Shown: positions 54,013 to 62,561, counted from the stretch's first letter. The stretch is DNA of 64,000 nucleotides from Candidatus Limimorpha sp. (GCA_041854745.1 JBHACT010000040.1:1200-65199), one strand, 5' to 3'. Translations and numbers: made by a program. The notes: generated by a model not told the origin, from the sequence alone.

Positions 54013-55350
54013 ATGTCACAAGCGATCCGCTCAAATAACCTGCCTTTTTGGTTGCTCCTCATCGGAATGTTCCTCATTTTGGTGAGTGGCAGCCTGTTGA
54101 CCGAAGGCATGTTCTTTGATGGCGTGACCTATGCCTCCATCTCGCGCAACATGGCGGAAGGGCAGGGGACATTCTGGAATCCGCACTACACGCAGACCTT
54201 GTATCCCGAGTTCCGTCAGCATCCGCCTTTGGCCTTGGGCTTGGAAGCCCTCGCGTTCAAGGCTTTGGGTGACTATTGGTGGGTGGAAAAGGCCTATTCC
54301 GTGCTGACTTTCCTTCTCACAGCTTTGCTAATTGGGTTGATTTGGAAACGTACCACCAACAACCTCCGTTGGGCTTGGCTTCCGCTGCTGTTCTGGTTGG
54401 CCATGCCTTTGGTCACTTGGTGCGCCACCAACAACATGCTTGAAAACACCATGTCGGTTTTCGTGCTGTCGTCGGTTTATCTGATGATTATTAGTTATCA
54501 GCGCAACCATAAGATTTGGCTGGTTTTGTCGGCCTTTACCCTGCTTATGGCCTTTCTTTCCAAAGGATTCACGGGGCTGTTTCCCTTGGTGTTCCCCGTC
54601 CTGTATTGTATCTTCGATCCAAAGCGAAAATGGATTAAAGGACTGATTGACAGTCTGTTGCTGTTGATTTTCGTAGCGGTCTTTGCAGGTGTCATGTTCT
54701 TGGTGTTTCCGCAGTCTTTTTCTTATTTTAAAGACTATATCCAACTCCAAGTCATTGGCGGCGGACTGCACGAAGCCACAGCCTCGTCAAGGTCGTACAT
54801 CGTTTTCAGCCTGTTGCAGCAATTGATAATTCCGTTTCTGATGGCCATGACACTGGTAATCTGCAAAACCAAAAGCAAGGGCAACCAAAAGGTCTTCGAG
54901 TTCCCGACCGACAAGGCTTGGTTCTATGTTTTCTTAGTTTTGGGTCTCGCGGGCGTGCTGCCCATCATGTTGAGCGTGAAGCAACGGGATTTTTATATGC
55001 TGGCTGCTTTGCCTTTTTTTGCCTTGGCTTGTGGGCATATCACCATTTCCATGATTAACACATTGATGTTGAGGATAATGCCCAAAGTGCGCAATTGGAT
55101 GACAAGGGGAGCGATAGGAGCCGTGTTGATAGGGCTTGTACTGAATATCACTCATATTGGGGAATACGGCCGCGATGAAGTGTTGATTGAAGATGTGAAA
55201 AAGCGGATGGCAGAAGCGGATGGCAAGAATAGTATCGAGATTTCATCTGAAGAATACACACAATGGGCTGTTCATGCTTATTTTATGCGTTATGGAAAAA
55301 TCAGCCTGAACCCAAACCAAATAACTGAATATGAACAATTGAATAATTAA
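54013..55350 (+). CDS. GT39/ArnT-like membrane glycosyltransferase embedded in the suf operon
   Basis: FFDGVTYASISRNMAEGQG...RQHPPLALGL signature, about 11 TM helices. Confidence 0.7.
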   Translation: MSQAIRSNNLPFWLLLIGMFLILVSGSLLTEGMFFDGVTYASISRNMAEGQGTFWNPHYTQTLYPEFRQHPPLALGLEALAFKALGDYWWVEKAYSVLTFLLTALLIGLIWKRTTNNLRWAWLPLLFWLAMPLVTWCATNNMLENTMSVFVLSSVYLMIISYQRNHKIWLVLSAFTLLMAFLSKGFTGLFPLVFPVLYCIFDPKRKWIKGLIDSLLLLIFVAVFAGVMFLVFPQSFSYFKDYIQLQVIGGGLHEATASSRSYIVFSLLQQLIIPFLMAMTLVICKTKSKGNQKVFEFPTDKAWFYVFLVLGLAGVLPIMLSVKQRDFYMLAALPFFALACGHITISMINTLMLRIMPKVRNWMTRGAIGAVLIGLVLNITHIGEYGRDEVLIEDVKKRMAEADGKNSIEISSEEYTQWAVHAYFMRYGKISLNPNQITEYEQLNN

Positions 55351-55355
55351 ATATC

Positions 55356-56102
55356 ATGTTACTGAATATCAAAAATTTACATGTCTCCATCGGAGGCAAA
55401 GAAATCCTAAAAGGATTGAATCTGGGTGTCAATGAGGGTGAAACTCACGCCATTATGGGCCCCAACGGAACTGGGAAAAGCACCTTGGCAGCGGCCGTTA
55501 CAGGGCGGGAGGGCTATGAGATTACCGAGGGTGAAATCTGGTACAAGGGCAAAAACATCGTCGGGATGTCGCCCGAAGACCGCGCCAACGAAGGCATCTT
55601 CCTAAGTTTCCAATATCCTGTCGAGATTCCCGGCGTGAGCATACAAAATTTCATCCGGACTGCCGTCAACTCGAAGCGTGAGTATCAAGGACTTCCGCCT
55701 ATGAACACTGTCGATTTCATAAAGATGATGAAGGAGAAGCAGGCCATGGTGGAAATCACCGAAAAATTGCAGAACCGTTTCGTCAATGTGGGTTACTCAG
55801 GTGGCGAGAAGAAGAAAAACGAGATTTTCCAGATGGCCATGTTGGAACCCAGCCTTGCCATCCTCGACGAGACCGACTCTGGTCTCGACATTGATGCACT
55901 GCGCATTGTGGCGCATGGTGTCAACCAGCTGCACAATGCCGAGAATGCCTTCGTGGTCATCACTCACTACCAGCGTCTGCTCGACTACATCGTCCCCGAT
56001 TTCGTCCATGTGATGTATGACGGACGCATTGTCAAGACGGGCGGCAAAAACCTCGCCCTCGAACTCGAAGAAAAAGGTTACGAATGGATTAAGGAACTTT
56101 GA
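55356..56102 (+). CDS. sufC: Fe-S cluster assembly ATPase SufC
   Basis: Walker A GPNGTGKST, ABC signature YSGGEKKKNE, Walker B LAILDETDSGLD. Confidence 0.92.
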   Translation: MLLNIKNLHVSIGGKEILKGLNLGVNEGETHAIMGPNGTGKSTLAAAVTGREGYEITEGEIWYKGKNIVGMSPEDRANEGIFLSFQYPVEIPGVSIQNFIRTAVNSKREYQGLPPMNTVDFIKMMKEKQAMVEITEKLQNRFVNVGYSGGEKKKNEIFQMAMLEPSLAILDETDSGLDIDALRIVAHGVNQLHNAENAFVVITHYQRLLDYIVPDFVHVMYDGRIVKTGGKNLALELEEKGYEWIKEL

Positions 56103-56104
56103 TT

Positions 56105-56932
56105 ATGGCCAACCAACTTATCATAGCCGCCAACCAAAGCCGCGAAATCATTGAGTATGACGATGACGCACACTTGTCGGCAGAGCCGAGGGCTTCAGAA
56201 ATCGTCCTTAACGAGAATGCCAGCCTTGAGTTGTATGTGCTTCAAAATGTGAGCAACGAGGCTTCCATGCAGCGGGAGTTCAAGATCAGGCAGCTGGCCA
56301 ACAGTCGGCTGAAAATTGTGTTCATCACCTTCAACAGTGGCCATATCCGCAATACTTTTCATGTGGATTTGGACGGCGAAGGTGCTGATAGTCAGGTACA
56401 CGGACTCTATCTCATAGACAAGACCCAACGTGTAGAGAACTACCTGAAAGTGAACCACAATGTACCTAATTGCACCAGCAACGAGAAGTTCAAAGGCATC
56501 ATCGACGACTCGGCCTCTGCGGTGTTCAACGGTCATGTTTATGTGGCTCCGAATGCCCAAAAAACCAATGCCCAACAAAACAACAGTAACATCATCCTTA
56601 CCCCAACGGCCAAAATCAACAGCCAGCCGTTTTTGGAGATTTATGCCGATGACGTGAAATGCGCTCACGGCACTACCACGGGCCAACTTGACCAAGAGGC
56701 CATGTTCTATATGCGACAGCGAGGCATCAGCAAGGCCAATGCACGGATTCTGCTGATGTATGCCTTTGCCGCAGAGGTGAGCAACCACATCGGTAATGAG
56801 ATGCTGCACGAACATATCGACGACATGATTAAGCGCCGCTTGCGGGGCGAATTGTCGAGTTGCGAAACCTGCGTTTTGCGCTGTAGCCACCCGAAGGAAT
56901 ACAATTTTGACATTGATTATTCGAAAATATGA
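56105..56932 (+). CDS. sufD: Fe-S cluster assembly protein SufD (short form)
   Basis: SufB/D beta-helix core (...LEIYADDVKCAHGTTTGQLD...FYMRQRGI...); ATG 56105. Confidence 0.8.
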   Translation: MANQLIIAANQSREIIEYDDDAHLSAEPRASEIVLNENASLELYVLQNVSNEASMQREFKIRQLANSRLKIVFITFNSGHIRNTFHVDLDGEGADSQVHGLYLIDKTQRVENYLKVNHNVPNCTSNEKFKGIIDDSASAVFNGHVYVAPNAQKTNAQQNNSNIILTPTAKINSQPFLEIYADDVKCAHGTTTGQLDQEAMFYMRQRGISKANARILLMYAFAAEVSNHIGNEMLHEHIDDMIKRRLRGELSSCETCVLRCSHPKEYNFDIDYSKI

Positions 56933-56990
56933 CTATGGCTAATGGCCACTTCCTCAATATGTTGAAGTGGCCATAGTCAAGGATGTTTTT
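56930..56990 (+). terminator. Strong hairpin plus T-run between sufD and sufS (attenuator/partial terminator?)
   Basis: TGACTAT..GGCCACTTC-11 nt-GAAGTGGCC-ATAGTCA nested stems starting at the sufD stop codon, then GGATGTTTTT. Confidence 0.45.
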
Positions 56991-57014
56991 AGAAAACGGT
57001 GAAGTTTAACTACG

Positions 57015-58232
57015 ATGTTAAGTATTAAAGAAATAAGAAATCAATTTCCTGCCCTTGACCAACAGGTCTATGGCAAACCCTTGGTTTATCTCGACAATGC
57101 AGCCACCACGCAGAAGCCATTGTGCGTTATTGAGCGTGAGCGTGACTATTACCTGAACGAGAACTGTAATATCCACCGTGGGGTGCATTACCTGAGTCAG
57201 AAGGCTACTGAGGCCTACGAAAAAGCCCGTCAGACCGTGGCGCATTTTGTCAATGCCAAGGAGCCTCGTGAAATTGTCTTCACCCGAGGCACTACGGAGT
57301 CATTGAACCTACTTGCCACTGCCTTTGAGCATCATTGTATCGAAACAGGCGACAAGGTGCTGGTCACGGCTATGGAGCACCATTCCAATCTCGTGCCTTG
57401 GCAACAGATGATACAACGGCACCGGGGGCAGTTGCTCGTTGTGCCGATGGACGATAAGGGGGTGTTGGACATGGAACAATATGAAAAGCTGCTGAAGGAA
57501 AGCCCGAAGGTGGTGTCCATCGCGCACATTTCCAATGTGTTGGGTACTATTAATCCCGTGAAGGAAATGGTAGCGATGGCACATCAGTATGACATACCTG
57601 TAGTAATTGACGGTGCCCAGTCCATTGCCCATCATTCTATTGATGTTCAAGACCTTGACTGCGATTTCTTTGTCTTCTCTGGCCACAAGATGTATGCTCC
57701 GATGGGTATTGGCGGCTTGTACGGCAAGGCGGAGTGGTTAGAGAAGTTGCCTCCCTATCAGTTTGGCGGCGAAATGGTTGACACGGTGAGTTTCGAGAAA
57801 ACCACTTTCAATGTGTTACCTTATAAGTTCGAGGCGGGAACGCCCAATGTGGGGGCAGCTTTGGGCTTGGAGGCCGCTGTTCAATTCCTGCAAAGCATTG
57901 ACAGAAAAGCAGTTGAAGAGCATGAGGCGCAACTGTTGCAGTCTGCCATAGGGCAACTTTCGGATATTGAAGGTATACGGTTCGTTGGAGAGGCGGAACA
58001 GTGCAGTGGTCTGGTGTCGTTTGTCATTGACGGCATTCACCCTTACGACCTTGGCACCATCATCGACAAGATGGGCGTGGCGGTGCGTACGGGACACCAT
58101 TGCGCTGAGCCGGTGATGACACGTTTCGGAATCCCTGGTACGGTGCGGGCTTCGTTTGCCTTGTATAATACGATGGAAGAGGTGGGCACTTTTGTCAATG
58201 CGGTGAAGAAGGCTGCGACGATGCTGCGTTAG
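57015..58232 (+). CDS. sufS: Cysteine desulfurase SufS
   Basis: HHSNLVPWQ, PLP-Lys FSGHKMYAPMG, catalytic Cys RTGHHCAEP. Confidence 0.9.
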   Translation: MLSIKEIRNQFPALDQQVYGKPLVYLDNAATTQKPLCVIERERDYYLNENCNIHRGVHYLSQKATEAYEKARQTVAHFVNAKEPREIVFTRGTTESLNLLATAFEHHCIETGDKVLVTAMEHHSNLVPWQQMIQRHRGQLLVVPMDDKGVLDMEQYEKLLKESPKVVSIAHISNVLGTINPVKEMVAMAHQYDIPVVIDGAQSIAHHSIDVQDLDCDFFVFSGHKMYAPMGIGGLYGKAEWLEKLPPYQFGGEMVDTVSFEKTTFNVLPYKFEAGTPNVGAALGLEAAVQFLQSIDRKAVEEHEAQLLQSAIGQLSDIEGIRFVGEAEQCSGLVSFVIDGIHPYDLGTIIDKMGVAVRTGHHCAEPVMTRFGIPGTVRASFALYNTMEEVGTFVNAVKKAATMLR

Positions 58233-58746
58233 GCGTTTCTATAATTTCGGCCTCTGTTGACGGCTCTTCTGCTTTCTTGTCTTCTTTCTCAACAGTTTCC
58301 AATGTGATTTTTCCGTCCTTCAGCTTGATTTTCTTTTTCAATCTGATGGGCGCAATAATCAGCACAAGCAACGCCTCAAGGGCATATTTCGTCATGGGGA
58401 TAACCCCAGTCGTTACGACTTGGAAAACGATGAGTAGGATGGAGGCAACCACAAAGATGGCTTTGCCGTGGATTTTCTTTCTGAATATTTGTATCAAACT
58501 GAATACCAGCAATATAAGTAGTAGTAATTGGAGAATCGGGATGAGAAGCTCTGATTGGTCTTGCTGGAAGGTTGTTATTTTGTAATAGTAGTGGTCAATG
58601 TAATATTGACTGAAAACAATTGTGATGATGGCGAAGATGAGCAGCAGCCCGTAATAGGTGATGGCGAAACTGGCCGCCAACTTCATCAGTAGTGTCATCT
58701 CGGGCTTTAGGTTAAATATCTTTCCTTCGCGCTGTTCCATGGTCAT
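58195..58746 (-). CDS. Hypothetical membrane protein
   Basis: Four predicted TM helices, Lys/Glu-rich tail; 3' end overlaps sufS 3' end by 38 nt. Confidence 0.5.
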   Translation of the reverse strand: MTMEQREGKIFNLKPEMTLLMKLAASFAITYYGLLLIFAIITIVFSQYYIDHYYYKITTFQQDQSELLIPILQLLLLILLVFSLIQIFRKKIHGKAIFVVASILLIVFQVVTTGVIPMTKYALEALLVLIIAPIRLKKKIKLKDGKITLETVEKEDKKAEEPSTEAEIIETPNAASSQPSSPH

Positions 58747-59243
58747 TCGGGGTTTTGTGTTTGTTGCAACATCTCTATGCGTTTGAAATGAAGGTAATAC
58801 AACAAGATAAAGATGGCGGTGAGCATCAGGTCGGAGAAAAATGGAGATGGTTTTTGCAGGGGGTAGACATACATGGATTTGTCAATCAACATGCAGATTT
58901 GGGCGATGGCATAGATATGGAAACCGCGCTTGTCGCCTCTGAACATCCTAATGACTCCCATCAACGATGCAATGAACAACACCATCAGAATGAGATAGAA
59001 TTTGGAATCGATTTGGTTGACGAAATACATCGCCTCGCTCATGGCCTTGGCGAAATCTCCACCTAAAATGGAAAACGGTTGCATCATCTCCTCGAATTGC
59101 CCATTGTTGAACAATTCGGTTATTTGTGGTTTCATTATTAGCGAAATCATTGAACTGAAGATGTTCCAACAGGCGTTTATGAATGACAATACAAGGAGGA
59201 AGGTCATTCCTACGGGGCGTTTTTTCTGATTGGTGGTTTCCAT
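58743..59243 (-). CDS. Hypothetical membrane protein
   Basis: Four predicted TM helices; ATG 59243 preferred because the 59282 extension is a translated repeat unit; ATGA overlap with downstream gene. Confidence 0.5.
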   Translation of the reverse strand: METTNQKKRPVGMTFLLVLSFINACWNIFSSMISLIMKPQITELFNNGQFEEMMQPFSILGGDFAKAMSEAMYFVNQIDSKFYLILMVLFIASLMGVIRMFRGDKRGFHIYAIAQICMLIDKSMYVYPLQKPSPFFSDLMLTAIFILLYYLHFKRIEMLQQTQNPE

Positions 59244-59256
59244 TCTATTTTTTTTT

Positions 59257-59533
59257 GTATGGCTGTCGTACCACGGCAGCATTTATTTGTATGGCTGTCG
59301 TACCGCGGCAGCCTATTATATTTGTAGGGCCATCACACCACGGCAGCATTTATTTGTAGGGCTGTCACACCGTGGCGGCGTTTATTTGTAGGGCTGTCGT
59401 ACCACGGCAGCATTTATTTGTAGGGCCATCACACCACGGCGGCGTTTATTTGTAGGGCTGTCACACCGTGGCAGCCTTACCTGTGGCAGCCGTGATACGA
59501 CATGCCGGCTGCCGTAATACGACAGTCCTACAG
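59257..59533. repeat. Tandem array of 7 direct (32-35 bp) plus 2 inverted TGTAGGGCTGTCG...CGGCAGC hairpin units
   Basis: Units start at 59257, 59289, 59324, 59356, 59388, 59420, 59452; inverted copies at about 59487-59507 and 59509-59533; no unique spacers. Confidence 0.9.
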
Positions 59534-59537
59534 TGAA

Positions 59538-61049
59538 TTATTCATTTTTCAAATCATCAAATGCCAGCGGATAGTCCTTCACGAACTGTACGCTCTTGGC
59601 AATTTCGGTGTACATCACCTTGTCGGTACGCACAAATTCCACCTGTTTGCGGTATTCGGCAACAAACTCTTCGATGATGGGTGAAGACTTCAACGGACGG
59701 CGGAATTCAAGTGCTTGAGTGGCGTTGAACAGCTCGATGGCGAGGACGCGCTCTATGTTCTCTGCCACGCGCAAAGCCTTCGTTGCAGCGTTGGCTCCCA
59801 TACTGACATGGTCTTCCTGTCCTTGCGACGACTCAATGCTGTCGACTGAAGCAGGTGTGCAAAGTTGTTTGCTCTGGCTGACAATGCTGGCGGCGGCATA
59901 TTGCGGAATCATGAAGCCGGAGTTGAGGCCGGGCTCGGCGACGAGGAAGGAAGGCAGATTGCGTTTGCCACCAATGAGCTGATAAATACGGCGTTCGCTG
60001 ATGTTGCCCAACTCAGCCATGGCGATGGCTAAGAAATCTAAGGTGATGGCCAAAGGCTGACCGTGGAAGTTGCCGGCGGAGATGACCAGGTCTTCATCGG
60101 GGAAGATGGTTGGGTTGTCGGTGACGGCGTTGATTTCCTTGCTGAACACAGAGGCCACATAGTCGATGGCATCTTTCGAGGCACCATGTACTTGGGGCAT
60201 GCAACGGAAGGAGTATGGGTCTTGAACATGTTTCTTTTCCCTGACAATCAGCTCGCTGCCCTTGGTGAACTCGCGCACGCGTTTTGCTGTGACGATTTGT
60301 CCGTTGTGGTGGCGAACCTGATGTACTTGGTCGAAGAAAGGCTCAATACGGCCGTCGAAGGCTTCCAAGGAAACGGTGCCGATGAGGTCGGCGAGATAGC
60401 TGAGGCGGAAGGCCTTCAGCAACACATAGGTGCCATAGCTGTTCATAAACTGCGTGCCGTTGAGCAGGGCCAGACCTTCTTTCGACTGTAAGGTGATGGG
60501 CTGCCAACCGAACTTGTCAAGGACCTGTTGCGACGGGACGATTTTGCCCTCATAATGCACTTCGCCCAAGCCGAGCAGCGGCAGCATGAGGTTGGCCAAA
60601 GGAGCCAAATCGCCGGAGGCACCGAGCGAGCCTTGGTTGTAGACCACGGGCAGCACATCGTTGTTGAAGAAGTCGATGAGGCGTTGGACAGTCACGACCT
60701 GCACGCCGCTATTGCCGTAGCTGAGGCTCTGCACTTTCAATAACAGCATGAGGCGGATGATTTCCTCGGGCACCATCTCGCCCGTGCCGCAAGCGTGCGA
60801 CATGACGAGGTTTTTCTGCAAGGTGCTCAGGTCTTCTTTCGAGATGCTATGGTCGCAGAGGGAGCCGAAGCCGGTGGTTACGCCGTAGATGGGCTTCTCT
60901 TGGTTCTCCATCTTCTTGTCGAGGTAGTCGCGGCATTTCTGAATGCGTTGGATGGCGTCGTCCGATAAGGCCAGTTTGTAACCTTTGGTGATTATTTCAT
61001 TTACCTGTTTGAAGGTCAATTCTTTGGATGAGATTTTGTGGATTTCCAT
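59538..61049 (-). CDS. hutH: Histidine ammonia-lyase
   Basis: MIO-forming GASGDLAPL; selectivity position reads MSH (Ser-His, HAL-type). Confidence 0.9.
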   Translation of the reverse strand: MEIHKISSKELTFKQVNEIITKGYKLALSDDAIQRIQKCRDYLDKKMENQEKPIYGVTTGFGSLCDHSISKEDLSTLQKNLVMSHACGTGEMVPEEIIRLMLLLKVQSLSYGNSGVQVVTVQRLIDFFNNDVLPVVYNQGSLGASGDLAPLANLMLPLLGLGEVHYEGKIVPSQQVLDKFGWQPITLQSKEGLALLNGTQFMNSYGTYVLLKAFRLSYLADLIGTVSLEAFDGRIEPFFDQVHQVRHHNGQIVTAKRVREFTKGSELIVREKKHVQDPYSFRCMPQVHGASKDAIDYVASVFSKEINAVTDNPTIFPDEDLVISAGNFHGQPLAITLDFLAIAMAELGNISERRIYQLIGGKRNLPSFLVAEPGLNSGFMIPQYAAASIVSQSKQLCTPASVDSIESSQGQEDHVSMGANAATKALRVAENIERVLAIELFNATQALEFRRPLKSSPIIEEFVAEYRKQVEFVRTDKVMYTEIAKSVQFVKDYPLAFDDLKNE

Positions 61050-61180
61050 ATTGTTGATTGTTTAATCGTTTAATCGTTGTGTAGAGATGTGGCGTGCCGC
61101 GTCTCGTGAATATTATATTGTTGATTGTTTGATTGTTTAATTGTTGTGTAGAGCCGTGGCACGCCGCGGCTCTACATGGT
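61048..61180. repeat. 67-bp tandem duplication, each copy carrying a REP hairpin
   Basis: ATATTGTTGATTGTTT(A/G)AT(C/T)GTTTAAT(C/T)GTTGTGTAGAG... twice; hairpins 61084-61105 and 61148-61175. Confidence 0.85.
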
Positions 61181-62538
61181 CATTTCAATATTGTTTCTAC
61201 CAATCTGTTTGCGCTCACGGTTTCTTGTGTGCCTTCCTTCATCCGTTTCACGGTGAATTTCTGTTCGGCCACCTCTTGTTCGCCAGCAATGACAACGATT
61301 GGTATGGCGCGTTGGTTGGCGTATTTCATCTGTTTCTGGATTTTGGCGGCATCGGGATAAATTTCCGCGTTGATGCCGTGTTTGCGCACTTGGTTGAGGT
61401 ATTTCAGGCAGTATTTTTCTTCGTTCATGCCGAAATTGAGGAAGATGACCTTGGTGCTTTCCGACATGGTTTCGGGGAAGAGGTTGAGGCCTTCCAACAC
61501 ATCGTAGATGCGGTCGGCACCAAAACTGATGCCTACGCCTGAGACATTCGGCAGACCGAAGATGCCCGTCAGGTTGTCGTAGCGGCCACCGCCCGAAATA
61601 CTGCCGATGGCGAAGTCCTTGGCCTTCACCTCGAAGATGGCGCCGGTATAGTAGTTCAGGCCACGGGCAAGGGTGAGGTCAAGCTCGGTGTCGATACCCA
61701 ATTCCATGTTGTCTACATAATCGAACAAAGTCTCGAGTTCCTCAAGGCCTTTTTGTCCTACTTCGTTATTTAGCAAAGGCTTCAGTTGCGCGATTTTCTC
61801 TCGTATGTTTCCTTTCATAAAGAGGATGGGCTGTAGCTTATCGATGGCGGTCTGCCCCAAGCCTTTTTCGGCGAGTTCCGCGTTGACGGCCTCAATGCCG
61901 ATTTTGTCGAGCTTGTCGATGGCAATGGTGATGTCGACCAAGGCATCCGACTTGCCGATATATTCAGCAATGCCCGCCAACACCTTGCGGTTGTTGATTT
62001 CCAGCGTTACATTGATTTTCAGCGCACCAAAAACCGCATCAACGATTTGCACCAACTCGGCTTCGTTGAGCAAAGAATCGCTGCCGATGATGTCAACATC
62101 GCATTGGCAGAATTCGCGATAGCGGCCTTTCTGCGGACGGTCGGCACGCCAAACGGGCTGGATTTGGTAGCGTTTGAAAGGGAAAGCGATTTGGTCGCGG
62201 TACATGGTAACAAATCTGGCGAAGGGCACGGTCAGGTCATAGCGCAGGCCTTTTTCGCTGATTTTGCCAGCTATCTTCGAGGATTCAAGTGGTTCGCCGT
62301 TCTGTTCCACGCCCGACATGAAGTCGCCAGAGTTGAGCACACGAAAAAGCAGTTTGTCGCCTTCATCGCCATATTTGCCAAGAAGGGTGCTGAGGTTCTC
62401 CATCGAAGGGGTTTCAATAGGCAGGAAACCAAAGCGTTTAAACACCGATTTGATGGTGTCGAAGATATAATTGCGGCGCACCATGACCTCGGGCAAGAAG
62501 TCGCGTGTGCCTTTAGGAATGCTGGGTTTTTGTGCCAT
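61180..62538 (-). CDS. hisS: Histidine--tRNA ligase
   Basis: [27 protein letters not shown] class II motifs; ATG 62538 lies downstream of the -7 box. Confidence 0.9.
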   Translation of the reverse strand: MAQKPSIPKGTRDFLPEVMVRRNYIFDTIKSVFKRFGFLPIETPSMENLSTLLGKYGDEGDKLLFRVLNSGDFMSGVEQNGEPLESSKIAGKISEKGLRYDLTVPFARFVTMYRDQIAFPFKRYQIQPVWRADRPQKGRYREFCQCDVDIIGSDSLLNEAELVQIVDAVFGALKINVTLEINNRKVLAGIAEYIGKSDALVDITIAIDKLDKIGIEAVNAELAEKGLGQTAIDKLQPILFMKGNIREKIAQLKPLLNNEVGQKGLEELETLFDYVDNMELGIDTELDLTLARGLNYYTGAIFEVKAKDFAIGSISGGGRYDNLTGIFGLPNVSGVGISFGADRIYDVLEGLNLFPETMSESTKVIFLNFGMNEEKYCLKYLNQVRKHGINAEIYPDAAKIQKQMKYANQRAIPIVVIAGEQEVAEQKFTVKRMKEGTQETVSANRLVETILK

Positions 62539-62553
62539 TTTTGAAAATTTTTG

Positions 62554-62561
62554 CAAAAATA
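62554..62561 (-). promoter_or_regulatory. Bacteroidota -7 promoter box (TAnnTTTG)
   Basis: TATTTTTG on minus strand, 15 nt before hisS ATG 62538. Confidence 0.55.

Noticed and set aside
58195-58232. 38-nt convergent overlap between the 3' ends of sufS and a membrane-protein gene as a possible antisense regulatory arrangement
   Set aside because: Short 3' overlaps of convergent genes are common. The membrane-protein tail is low-complexity and may end earlier in reality. There is no supporting structure.
59257-59533. Regularly spaced ~32-bp repeats that superficially resemble a CRISPR array
   Set aside because: Units abut one another with no unique spacers, come in alternating variants plus inverted copies, and no cas genes or leader are nearby. 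This is a REP/BIME-like tandem array, not CRISPR.
59538-62538. hisS next to hutH (with hutU 45 kb away) as a histidine-sensing regulatory unit, e.g. a T-box or attenuator
   Set aside because: No leader-peptide or T-box-like structure was seen. The spacer is explained by REP duplication, and the adjacency may be coincidental.
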